Of a stretch of DNA of 64,000 nucleotides, positions 18,793 to 28,111 are shown piece after piece. A program made the translations under genes and the position numbers. This DNA is from an uncultured virus (IMG/VR IMGVR_UViG_3300009666_001319) (lineage: Duplodnaviria; Heunggongvirae; Uroviricota; Caudoviricetes). The first letter of the stretch is position 1. Each line of letters begins with the position of its first letter. The notes under the pieces are model-generated. The model saw only the letters and a list, made by a program, of their open reading frames with translations. It did not search any database and was not told where the DNA came from. The DNA lies in IMG/VR virus record IMGVR_UViG_3300009666_001319, one strand, 5' to 3'.

Positions 18793-19173
18793 TCAAAGCC
18801 TGATCCGCTCTCCCGTGATGACGTTGACCACCGTGCTGCCGGATCCGAAGGCCGCTCTCATCTCGGTCTTCTCTTCTTCGCTTGGCTCCTTGTAGCTTTT
18901 GCGGTAGCTCTCAAGGAATGCGGCGGTCTCGGCTTCCTCTGCCGCCCTGCTTGCGTCCTCGTCAAAAAGGTCTCTGTAAGCCGTGCGGCTGAGGATCTCC
19001 CGGCAGTCTTTCGGCATCACGCGGTTGTTGCTCGTCCAGCGTACCACCCCATCGGCTCCGAAGAAGATCTCGCCGCCCAACTGGCGTTCTTCCATCTTCC
19101 TGATCTCCTTCTCGGCGCTGGCTTTCCAGTAGGCTCCAAGCTCTCCGCTTAACTCTCTTTCAAATCTCGTCAT
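18793..19173 (-). CDS. Hypothetical protein
   Basis: ORF with GGAGG RBS; ends VVNVITGERIRL. Confidence 0.75.
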   Translation of the reverse strand: MTRFERELSGELGAYWKASAEKEIRKMEERQLGGEIFFGADGVVRWTSNNRVMPKDCREILSRTAYRDLFDEDASRAAEEAETAAFLESYRKSYKEPSEEEKTEMRAAFGSGSTVVNVITGERIRL

Positions 19174-19356
19174 GGTTTTTGCCCTCCTTGCTTTTGTTGT
19201 GTACATATATATTACGAAACCAACCTCTCTTAAGGCATGTCTATATACGCTCTACTCGGGGACAAAGTCAAGATAATAACGGAGAAAAGACGCACAAAAC
19301 CAAGCCATAGCTCTTGTCAAACTATGACCGCCGGAGTATGATGATGGCTGAGAGAT

Positions 19357-20598
19357 TCAGGCAGGGATCAGCTTAAATCCAAGTTTAGTGGCTTCGGCTT
19401 TTAGCTTCTGCTTGCGTCTCTCTTCTTGATTTTTCTTGGTCTCCTCATATCGTGTTTCTTCGTAGATTTCTCCTGTGGTAAGGATATGCCACACAATTGC
19501 CAGAAGCTTGCGTGCGACTGCAATCAGCGCTTTTTTCGTTCCGCGCCGAGCACGTAATCGGTAAAACCAATCTCGAAGGAAGAAATTCTTACATCGCGTA
19601 GCTGCCCAAGCGCATTGCACCATGACGCTCTTAATCCGCGGATTACCCTTTGTGATTCTGGTGGATTTTTTCTTTCCGGCGCTCTCGTTGTCGCCGGGGC
19701 ACAGTCCCGCCCATTTACACAAATGACCAGCTGTAGGAAACATAGTGAGGTCAACACCCAATTCTGAAACGATGATTGTACTTGCACGGCGTTGTATCGA
19801 AGGAACCGTTTCCAGCAATTGCAAGGTCGGCTCGTACTGACGCGCGCCACCCTCAATGTGCCGTTCCACTTCTTCGATTTCCTTCTGGCAATTCTCCATG
19901 ATTTTTACCAGATTTGTCAGAAACACCTTGTCATGGGCTGAAAGCTGACCGGCAACAGCCTGCTGAACTTCTGCGGATTTTGCTCTGAGGGTTCCATGGA
20001 GACATTCTTCCACATCCAATTGGGTCAGCTTTCCTTTGTCACACAGCTTTTTGATCAGCTCAAAACCCGACATACCAAATATATCCGACAAAATCGTCGA
20101 AAGCTTAAAACCGCACTGCTGCAAATGCTTTTCAATACGATTTTTATGACCGACCAGTTCTTTGATCAGGATGTCGCGGTATCTTGTCCAATCCCGTAGC
20201 TCCCTGATTTCTTTGGGAGGGATGTAGCTTGGAGCAAGTAGTCCCGCGCGCAAGAGTGTTGCGATCCAATGGGCATCCTTAATATCCGTTTTCTTGCCTG
20301 GCACATTTTTCATGTGGTGGGGATTGGCAACGATGATATTTACCTGACCATCTTCATAAAAAATGGACTCCAGCACGTTGTAGATCGGAAACCAATATAC
20401 GCCTGTGCTTTCCATGGCCACATCATGACAATCATTTTCCATCACCCATTTTTTGAATTCGTCCAGACCATAAAGGAGTGTCGGAAATTCCTTAATGACT
20501 GGCTCCGGTTCCTCGTCTATGCCACCCTTAAGCATACATGCGACAAGAACTTCCTTGTGCACGTCAAGCCCGCAGCATACCTCCAACAGATTTCGCAT
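19357..20598 (-). CDS. IS110 DEDD recombinase/transposase
   Basis: GLDVHK, AMESTG, KKTDIKDA, WAGLCPGDNESAGK, ALIAVARKL. Confidence 0.96.
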   Translation of the reverse strand: MRNLLEVCCGLDVHKEVLVACMLKGGIDEEPEPVIKEFPTLLYGLDEFKKWVMENDCHDVAMESTGVYWFPIYNVLESIFYEDGQVNIIVANPHHMKNVPGKKTDIKDAHWIATLLRAGLLAPSYIPPKEIRELRDWTRYRDILIKELVGHKNRIEKHLQQCGFKLSTILSDIFGMSGFELIKKLCDKGKLTQLDVEECLHGTLRAKSAEVQQAVAGQLSAHDKVFLTNLVKIMENCQKEIEEVERHIEGGARQYEPTLQLLETVPSIQRRASTIIVSELGVDLTMFPTAGHLCKWAGLCPGDNESAGKKKSTRITKGNPRIKSVMVQCAWAATRCKNFFLRDWFYRLRARRGTKKALIAVARKLLAIVWHILTTGEIYEETRYEETKKNQEERRKQKLKAEATKLGFKLIPA

Positions 20599-20619
20599 TG
20601 CGCCGCCTCCCTTTGATAG

Positions 20620-20800
20620 TATTGCGGGATTGATGTACTTCGGTGAAGTGAATTATATTACTCGTGCTATTCCTCTGCTCATCAGAGCACGAGGGCAACA
20701 TGTTACTGTGCTCCAAAGCACATCCAGCCACGATCACTCACGAGTTCGATGACCCAGATGTATATCGACCTTATCCCGCAGCTACAGAGTACCACAGGAT
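20620..20800 (-). ncRNA. Putative bridge RNA of the IS110 element
   Basis: Hairpins plus 7-nt matches to the target flank (20733-20739) and the donor end (20655-20661); RNA ends not defined. Confidence 0.6.
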
Positions 20801-20937
20801 ACGCCGGTTTCATACCTGACTGTGAAAAAACGCCCTTTCATGTCCGATCACTCTGAAGGGCAAATATAGCAAGTTATTTATCGCGGATTTCGGTGCATAA
20901 TCTGTACAAATAGAGGGAGATACAATCGGGCAGATCG

Positions 20938-21342
20938 TCAGCACTTCACGGCGAATTTCCCAGCATCATACAAGATGAATGTGCCGTCTGTGAGATGTAT
21001 CCAGTCGTCCTTGATTGCGGCGACTTCCACCACTGTGCCCTTTTGCGCGATGCCGGCTTTCTCGGCATCCAGAGACGGAGCCTTGCGGATGTTCATCTTG
21101 GATGTCAGCCTGTAATGCTCGGGCGCAGGCGCAGGAGCCTCGGTAACAGTCTCCTCCACAGTATCCGGCACTGTCTCGACAGTATCCTCGACACCGCTCA
21201 CAGCGCCCTGGTAGACACACTCGCCATCGCAGAGCACCTCCGCGCTCTCAGCATCTGCCAGCTTCTTGGCCGCCGCCAGGGTTTTCAGTTCCTTCAGTGT
21301 TTCCCCGTCCTTTACGACGGTATAGGTCTTATTGTTTGTCAT
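20938..21342 (-). CDS. SH3-domain protein
   Basis: MNIRKAPSLDAEKAG..GTVVEV....DDWIHL. Confidence 0.75.
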   Translation of the reverse strand: MTNNKTYTVVKDGETLKELKTLAAAKKLADAESAEVLCDGECVYQGAVSGVEDTVETVPDTVEETVTEAPAPAPEHYRLTSKMNIRKAPSLDAEKAGIAQKGTVVEVAAIKDDWIHLTDGTFILYDAGKFAVKC

Positions 21343-21377
21343 ATGCTTCTCCCTCCGTTTCCCGGAAGGCGGGGATG

Positions 21378-21770
21378 CTACTCCCCAGCCTTCATCTGTG
21401 CGATCAGTGCCTCGCCCGCGCCGGTAATGATGGCGTTGACGTCCACATTGGCTGCCTTCAGTATATCCATCGCAGATCCGGACATCTTGGAAAGAGCGCC
21501 TTCGATCAGCTTCTTACCCAGCATCTCGATCTCATCCTTCGTCAGCTTCCCGTCCGCACTGGCGGCCTTGAGGTCGTCCACAACGGTCTGCTGAAGCTCA
21601 AGGACTGTCTGCTCCGCTGCGCCTGTCAGTTCATTCACCGCCGTATTGATGGTAGACAGCTTCTGGCTCTTGCTGATCTGCATCAGAAGCCATGCACCAA
21701 GCACACCGATCAGGGTGACGGCAAGGTTCGCAACAACGCTCACAACAGTCTCAATGATCACAGTATCCAT
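21378..21770 (-). CDS. Holin (LL-H-like)
   Basis: N-terminal TM helix, AAEQTV..LQQ; located in the lysis module. Confidence 0.65.
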   Translation of the reverse strand: MDTVIIETVVSVVANLAVTLIGVLGAWLLMQISKSQKLSTINTAVNELTGAAEQTVLELQQTVVDDLKAASADGKLTKDEIEMLGKKLIEGALSKMSGSAMDILKAANVDVNAIITGAGEALIAQMKAGE

Positions 21771-21854
21771 ATCGTTTCCTTTCTCCGTTTTATGCCCGGC
21801 GGCAGTCAGCCCGGTATTCCGGGCAAAAATAAAAACACAGCGTCAGTGCTGTGC

Positions 21855-22277
21855 TTAAATCCTGTGTTCACGGCTCATTTCCTGATAGAGCCTTCGGATG
21901 TATTCCGTGTCCTGAGTGATGATGCCGTTGGTGATCTGGTTCTCATCTACATACTTCTCGTATTCCTCGGCAACATTCAGGACGTTCGTCCACTCATCCG
22001 GGCTGTGGTTGATCTCCTCGCGGCACTCCCTGGCAAAAGTCAGGATCGTCTGCCTGTGGTTGTTGATCCACATATCCCGGATCTGCTTTTCCACCTTCTC
22101 CAGACGCTTCTCGGTCTTACCGTTCAGCTTGCCTCCAAGCCATCCCAGGATGTTGTCCCAGGGATTCAGCTTCACCGGAGCGATCTGGATCAGGGAGAAA
22201 AGAATGATGAGCAGCACCACTGCCCACCCTGCCAACTCCCCAGCCGTCAGTTTCTGAAACACCTCAAATATCGTCAT
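21855..22277 (-). CDS. Phage membrane protein of the lysis module
   Basis: TM segment, IQIAPVKLNPW motif. Confidence 0.7.
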   Translation of the reverse strand: MTIFEVFQKLTAGELAGWAVVLLIILFSLIQIAPVKLNPWDNILGWLGGKLNGKTEKRLEKVEKQIRDMWINNHRQTILTFARECREEINHSPDEWTNVLNVAEEYEKYVDENQITNGIITQDTEYIRRLYQEMSREHRI

Positions 22278-22287
22278 CCATGACCTC

Positions 22288-23262
22288 CTATTCCATTTCC
22301 TCGATATGCCTGATCCACTCGTCAAAGGTGAACCGCTCCAGGAGGACGCCCTCGTTCAGCACGCGCCTCTTGGTTCCTGCGATGATTCGGTTCTTCATCT
22401 TCGGGTCTATCGACTGGAACAGGATCTTATGCTTCCTGAAATACTCCTGGAAGCACTTCTCCGTTTCATAGCGGTACTTGGCATTCATCGGATCAAGCCA
22501 GATCCTCTTGTTCAGCATGTAGTAAGTGCCGTAGACGAGCACCGCCACATAGTATCTGGCGTCCTCCACCATACCCCGGTCGAGGAGATCCTTCACCAGC
22601 CATCCGTTGGAATAGATCATGCGGGTGTAGGTCTTCGGAACATACAGCGGATCCTTGCGGCAGATGGAGCCCTCGCGCCATTTCCACAGGTACAGCGGGA
22701 TCTGGCAGTGCTTCACGTCTTTCGCTACTTTAAGGGCAAGGCAGTTATAGCCGCTGTCCTCATGGCATTTCACATCGGGATGCCACACGATGTGGTTATC
22801 CAGAAGGAACTGCCTGCGGTACACTTTCCCGTGGACGAAGGTGCTGTCCTTCTTATGGGGGAAGAACAGGGAGCGGCCACTCTTTTTGTCGATGACCTCC
22901 TCCATGAAGTCACAAACCAGCGCATCGCATCCTTTGTCGGTGTAAGCAAAGATCGTGTACAGGGCAAGGTTGGTGAAGAACATGTCGTCGGCATCGCAGA
23001 ACATCACATAATCCGCAGTCGCAAGGTCAAACAGGCGGCCACGGGTTCCCGGAAGTCCCGTGTGCTCGAACTGCTCATAGCGGATGGAAAAAGGAAAGCT
23101 GCCGAGGAACTCCTCTGACAGCTTAAAATCCGATCCGTCATTTCCGATCAGAACTTCGATATCCTTCAGATCCACGCCCTGCTGGGTTCTGATGCTGTCC
23201 AGCATCGGGCGGATCACGTCCTCAGTCTCGTTGTACTGAGGGATTAATAGCTGTAACTTCAT
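22288..23262 (-). CDS. GT-A / family 2 glycosyltransferase
   Basis: LLIPQYNE, NDGS, YVMFCDADD, HGKVYRR, HEDSGY. Confidence 0.88.
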   Translation of the reverse strand: MKLQLLIPQYNETEDVIRPMLDSIRTQQGVDLKDIEVLIGNDGSDFKLSEEFLGSFPFSIRYEQFEHTGLPGTRGRLFDLATADYVMFCDADDMFFTNLALYTIFAYTDKGCDALVCDFMEEVIDKKSGRSLFFPHKKDSTFVHGKVYRRQFLLDNHIVWHPDVKCHEDSGYNCLALKVAKDVKHCQIPLYLWKWREGSICRKDPLYVPKTYTRMIYSNGWLVKDLLDRGMVEDARYYVAVLVYGTYYMLNKRIWLDPMNAKYRYETEKCFQEYFRKHKILFQSIDPKMKNRIIAGTKRRVLNEGVLLERFTFDEWIRHIEEME

Positions 23263-23274
23263 CAGGCTCCTCCT

Positions 23275-24200
23275 TTACGATTCCGGATTGATATACTGCG
23301 AGATGGCGTTGTAGATGGTCTCCCCGCCGTAATCAGAGAGATAGGCCGCCAAAGCCGCTGCAAAGCTGGAGCTGGACACATAGCCGCCATCGACAAGATC
23401 TGTCTCCGTCATGAAGTTGGACAGCCCCGCGATACCTTCACTCAGGTACGGCGAAATATCCGCCTCGGACAGATACGGTGCCAGTGCCTCGCTCAGATAC
23501 GCAGAGCTGACGTAATCGCTCAGATAATCACTGAGATAGCCTCCGAGACTGGAACTGGAAATATAGTCGCTGAGAGCATATTCCAGGTCATCACTTCTCA
23601 CATAGCTTCCAAGCCGCTCGCTCAGATAGCTCTGCGTCACGTATTCCGCCAGGCACTGCTGAGATAATCACTCAGATACCAGGTGGAAACGTAATCGCTC
23701 AGGGTGCTGTTCAAATCCGAATCTGTCACAAAGTCTCCCAGCTGTTCGCTGAGATAATCTTCTGTGATAAAGCCCGCATTGCTCAGGTCGGACGAGGTCA
23801 CATAGTCGCTGAGCCTGCTGTCAAGGTCGGTTTCGGTCAAATATTCGCTCAGATAATCAGACAAGCTCGACTGCTCCACATAGCCCTCCAGAATACTGCT
23901 GAGAGCCGCTTCCGTCAGATAATCGGAGAGCATACCGTCAAGGTCAGTATCCGTGACATATTCGCTGAGATAGTTCGGCATCTCGGAACTGGCCACATAG
24001 CTGCTCAATACGCCTGTTGATACATAATCCTGCAGGCTTTCGGCAAGCTCATCATCCGTCACCAGCCCCGCTCCGCTCAGATAGCTTTCCATCAGAGCTT
24101 GCAGGGTGATTCGGCTCGTCTCGCTCCCATGGTTTAAGACCAGGCTGTCATTTGTGTTTGCCGAGGACGTGCTCGGCAGTTCACTGATTTTTACGCCCAT
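23275..24200 (-). pseudogene. Acidic LSDY-repeat protein split by a 1-nt frameshift near 23658 (ORFs 23637..24200 and 23275..23640)
   Basis: Adding one C (GCC CTG) gives ..LSSALAEYVTQSYLSE.., which continues the repeat pattern. Confidence 0.6.
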
Positions 24201-24216
24201 GAAAATTTCCTCCTTC

Positions 24217-25083
24217 TCAATGGTCGATTGTGATCACATCACTGTTTTCCGTAAGCAGCTGTTCCCCGGACTGGATGGCAACAGCATCCGGTTCATCATC
24301 TTCGGTATCGATCAGGATCTCATCGCCATCTTCTGTCAGAAGCGATACACCGCCCTCGGTCTCGATGCCTTCACCGCCACCTGACGGTGTGAATACAGCC
24401 GAGGCACGGATTTTGTAGATCGTGCTGCCCCTCTGCAGGAACAGATAATCCGAATCCAGAAGCGATGAAACGGTCGGAACCTGTTTCAAGTCGTCCTGCT
24501 TCCCGGCGAGAGCCGTATACAGGCCGCCGGATCTGACAGCATTCCTGCTCCCCTGGACCGGAGTTTCATCGAACGAGACTGCTTCATGCCCATCATGGAG
24601 CGCGGCAAAGACACCGCCGCTCGTCACGGGGTTTGTGCTGCCTTCGGTCGGCGTATTGTCGAATGTCAGCGCATCCTGTTTCCTCTGGAGGGCTGTGTGG
24701 ATGCCACCGCTTTTGACCGGCTTGCTGCTTCCAGCCACAGGAACATCGTCGAATGTCAGAGTGTTCTGCTTCCCCTGTAGGGCAGTGTAGATACCGCCAC
24801 TCTTGACCGGGTTGCTACTTCCGGCCACAGGAGCATCATCAAAGGTCAGCTTGTCCTGCTTACCTGCAAGTGCGGAATAGATACCTCCGCTCTTGACCGG
24901 ATTATTGCTCCCGGATACCGGAGCGTTATCGAATGTCAGCTTGTCCTGCTTTCCCGCTGTCCTGTCGGCATTCGCTTTCAGCTGGGTATCAATGATATCG
25001 AAGTTACCGTTCAGTACATCGATGTCCACAAGGTCGGTGCCCTCTGGCTTGGTCATTCTGTAATTTGTTGTCCTGGTTGCCAA
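24217..25083 (-). CDS. Tail fibre-like protein with ~30-aa repeats
   Basis: GKQDKLTFDxxPVxGSxNPVKSGGIYxAL about 5 times; N-terminal DVLNGNFDIID. Confidence 0.75.
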   Translation of the reverse strand: MATRTTNYRMTKPEGTDLVDIDVLNGNFDIIDTQLKANADRTAGKQDKLTFDNAPVSGSNNPVKSGGIYSALAGKQDKLTFDDAPVAGSSNPVKSGGIYTALQGKQNTLTFDDVPVAGSSKPVKSGGIHTALQRKQDALTFDNTPTEGSTNPVTSGGVFAALHDGHEAVSFDETPVQGSRNAVRSGGLYTALAGKQDDLKQVPTVSSLLDSDYLFLQRGSTIYKIRASAVFTPSGGGEGIETEGGVSLLTEDGDEILIDTEDDEPDAVAIQSGEQLLTENSDVITIDH

Positions 25084-25098
25084 ACAGACCACCTCCTT

Positions 25099-26751
25099 TT
25101 ATGCGTTGACATGGACATAGGTCGTATCTCCATAAGTGACGTTGCTTCCGAACAGCTCCGGGAACTGCTCCTTCACTTCCTCGTAGAGGGATCCCTTCGA
25201 GTAGGTGAGGTACGGCACTTTCCCGCTGTGCGTGATCCCGGTGCAGCCGCTTGCCGCCGAGCCGTGCTGGACGATATTCTTCAATACCGAGAGGTCCTTC
25301 GGAAGATCGTCATACCAGCACCACGGAAGCGCCAGAATGCCGGGGATATTCACGATGTTGTCATCCGGGAACGTCACATAGTTGGTGTACATCGTATCGT
25401 CTTCCACATCGTAGAGCCCCAGCCCAGCCATCTTCCGGCAGATGCCGGAGGTCGCGGAGTTGTAGCCTCCCTTTAGACCCGGCGCACAGCGGATATAGTC
25501 CGAACTGTTCAGGGTGAAGGTCAGCACCTGGATCTGGTTGTAGACGTAGAGGTTCGTGTACGGGTAATCCACGCAGCTCGGATTCGGAAGTGATGCCGGC
25601 AGGCCGTTCTTCTTTTCCATAGCTGCGATGATATAGATGTCGGCTGTGGCTTCGAGAGCGTTCTGCCCGTCTGCGGATGGATATCTTCCTGCCGGAAGGA
25701 CCATATACGGGATGTCGCCGTACTGCCGATAATCGGTGAAGGCACCCTTGCCGCACAGGTAATCCACGATGCTGCTGTAGGTATCCTCAGACAGATAGTA
25801 GTCGCCGTCCGCCGGGATATACGGAACATCCTGCGGATAGAAGTCATCCCAGAAGTCGGACGGGAGGTCGTCGTTAAAGACAAGGCCGAGGTCCTCGCCC
25901 ACGATCTGCCCGATCACATCGATCGGAACTGTCATGGCCTGGACGTTGACCAGCGTTTCCGCCTCGTACTGGTCTCCTGCCGCCATCTGGTAGGTAGCAT
26001 GGATGGATGTGCCATAGGGCGTCATGATTTCCCCGCTTGGCGGATAGAAGGTGCAGGACGGGGTCACCATCACGATGTCCCCGGATTTCTTGTATTTCAA
26101 AGCCACGGTCGCGCCCGTCAGGTCAAGCGGTTCTCCCTCGGCGTAATGCGATTTGTTCGGAGCATGGGCAAAGTAGATGCCGTCCACCTGGTCGATGGTG
26201 ACCGTGTATTCCGCCGTGTACTCCGATCCCGTTGCCGGGTTCCTCCACACTGCCTGAACAGGCAGATTCTCCATGTGCCCGATCATCTCTCCCGCGGCAG
26301 GCTCAAAGGTTACGGAGGATGCGCTCACGCTCCTCGTTGTTCCGTCCGTATAACGGATCGAAAGCACCGCTCCGGAGAGGTCAAGCTCAGAGCCTTCCTT
26401 CTGCGTCGGGTTTGCTATGCTGGTAAAGAACAGCTCCTCCGCATCCGCCACATCGATCTGCGTGTCCGCCGTGAACTCATTGCCCGCATGGTCGGTATAA
26501 CTGGCATTGATATTCAGCTCCCCGGCATACTCAAGCAGCGATCCATCGTCCGGATCATAGCCACAGGATGCCGTGATGTCCGATGCCGTCCCGTCCTTGT
26601 AGTAGGCCATCACCTGTCCTCCGGCAAGGGAGAGCGGGGAGCCTGCGTACTGCGGGCTTGCCGGGCTTCTCACCCATTCGATGCGGTTTGTGACCGCGTT
26701 ATAGCCGAAGACCACAAGGCGGGCCTGTCTTGATGCAAGTCTAAGTGCCAT
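25099..26751 (-). CDS. Minor tail protein with bacterial Ig-like repeats
   Basis: Repeated PNKSHYAEGEPLDLTGATV/ELDLSGAVL..YTDG motifs. Confidence 0.7.
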   Translation of the reverse strand: MALRLASRQARLVVFGYNAVTNRIEWVRSPASPQYAGSPLSLAGGQVMAYYKDGTASDITASCGYDPDDGSLLEYAGELNINASYTDHAGNEFTADTQIDVADAEELFFTSIANPTQKEGSELDLSGAVLSIRYTDGTTRSVSASSVTFEPAAGEMIGHMENLPVQAVWRNPATGSEYTAEYTVTIDQVDGIYFAHAPNKSHYAEGEPLDLTGATVALKYKKSGDIVMVTPSCTFYPPSGEIMTPYGTSIHATYQMAAGDQYEAETLVNVQAMTVPIDVIGQIVGEDLGLVFNDDLPSDFWDDFYPQDVPYIPADGDYYLSEDTYSSIVDYLCGKGAFTDYRQYGDIPYMVLPAGRYPSADGQNALEATADIYIIAAMEKKNGLPASLPNPSCVDYPYTNLYVYNQIQVLTFTLNSSDYIRCAPGLKGGYNSATSGICRKMAGLGLYDVEDDTMYTNYVTFPDDNIVNIPGILALPWCWYDDLPKDLSVLKNIVQHGSAASGCTGITHSGKVPYLTYSKGSLYEEVKEQFPELFGSNVTYGDTTYVHVNA

Positions 26752-26761
26752 CGCTCCCTCC

Positions 26762-28111
26762 TTATCCGTCCGTGATGGAATAGGTGATCTTCAGTGACTG
26801 TGTATCTGTCTTGGTGATGGGCTGATCCAGGTTGCAGATGGTCCCGATATAGTTCTGGCAGGCATCGAAGTACACATAGTAGGACGTAAACATCCGGAGG
26901 TCGTCGGTGACGTACCCGCAGAAGTCCTTCATGTTCCAGGAGCCTGTCGTATAAGAGCCAAGGTCATACCTGCACTCGCCGTCCTCATAGAGGATCGCCC
27001 TTGTCCGCCTGGTTTCCACACCGCCGGTCGCATTGGTGACCTGATAGCACAGTTCCGTCCAGATGCCGGATCCCCTGTGGGGATAGATACCGCAATCCAT
27101 GGTCTGGAAGCGATCGATGGACGGCGTGAACTGGCGAATCTGTGAGGTATCGACCAGGGAGATCCGGTAGACGGACTTCCTGTCGTAACTCAGCGCGTAC
27201 AAATATCCGTGGGACACCACCAGCGCCATGGTGTGGTAGTTCTTGCTGGCATTGGACGGATATAGGAACACCTCCGGCAGCGTCAGCGCCTGCCTGAAAT
27301 CCGTGTCCTCCTCCAAAGAAAAGTGGTCGGCTGAGGCTTTGAGCCTTCTCAGATACACCGTCGCATTCCCGGTCTGATTGCCCTGCGTGGCGCACAGATA
27401 GATATAGCCATCATAGTCTGGGGTCACATCCCAGTAATTCCTGTCCGTGATCGTCTCCCCGGAGAGGCTGTAAGCAAGTGCAGCCTGTTCCGTTCCCATA
27501 TACGGGGAATTGACCCGGAGCAAATGCCTCGACAGTTTCTGCTTATAGAAGTTGATGGTGCTGTTTGCCTGGTAGTTATAGCTGAAATAGGCCGTATCCG
27601 TGTCCGGATCCATCGCCACGAAGTGACGGTATCCTGTGGAAATGCGGTTCCAGGCATTTGCCCTGTACATGTGGAAAGGATTCTCTCCCGCCCGTGCATG
27701 GGTAAGCGCAAGAGCCGCTATCACACCGTTTGCCTGATTCGGCAGGAAGTTCCATACTGTGGTGTATTTCCCATTCTCATACTTGGATGCCGTGCTGTCG
27801 ATGGTTCCCTGCAGATTGCTGGCAGAATTTCCGGTACCTCTTCCTGCGCATCCGGTCAGATGCACATTCATGGGAAAATGGATATTCCCCGCATCCTCGG
27901 TGAGCGTACCGTCAAAGAGGAGCAGACCGCCCAGCCCCTTGGTTGCCAGCGGCAGGAGGCTGTATTCACTGGCGTAAAGGCCAAGATTATCGTTTGCATC
28001 GATCCCCGCCCTGTATGCCAGCGCATTGGTGAGCATGTTCTCATGCTCGGTTATCTTCCGCTCCCCGGTCTTATGATCGAGGAGCTCTATCTTCACATGA
28101 CCTTTCATCAT
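26762..28111 (-). CDS. Tail/baseplate-associated structural protein
   Basis: MKGHVKIEL..ENMLTNAL; C-terminal PITKTDTQSLKITY; position in the tail module. Confidence 0.7.
   Translation of the reverse strand: MMKGHVKIELLDHKTGERKITEHENMLTNALAYRAGIDANDNLGLYASEYSLLPLATKGLGGLLLFDGTLTEDAGNIHFPMNVHLTGCAGRGTGNSASNLQGTIDSTASKYENGKYTTVWNFLPNQANGVIAALALTHARAGENPFHMYRANAWNRISTGYRHFVAMDPDTDTAYFSYNYQANSTINFYKQKLSRHLLRVNSPYMGTEQAALAYSLSGETITDRNYWDVTPDYDGYIYLCATQGNQTGNATVYLRRLKASADHFSLEEDTDFRQALTLPEVFLYPSNASKNYHTMALVVSHGYLYALSYDRKSVYRISLVDTSQIRQFTPSIDRFQTMDCGIYPHRGSGIWTELCYQVTNATGGVETRRTRAILYEDGECRYDLGSYTTGSWNMKDFCGYVTDDLRMFTSYYVYFDACQNYIGTICNLDQPITKTDTQSLKITYSITDG

Larger units (their letters stand above)
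19211..20848 (-). mobile_element. IS110-family element, flanked by an AT core at 19209-19210 and 20847-20848
   Basis: Removing it restores tgtgtacatatatcactct, identical to 49812-49830; no terminal inverted repeats; visibly more AT-rich than the flanks. Confidence 0.85.

Noticed and set aside
24217..28111. Diversity-generating retroelement or invertible tail-fibre shufflon
   Set aside because: No reverse transcriptase, no TR/VR pair and no inverted gene fragments seen; repeats are in-frame protein repeats
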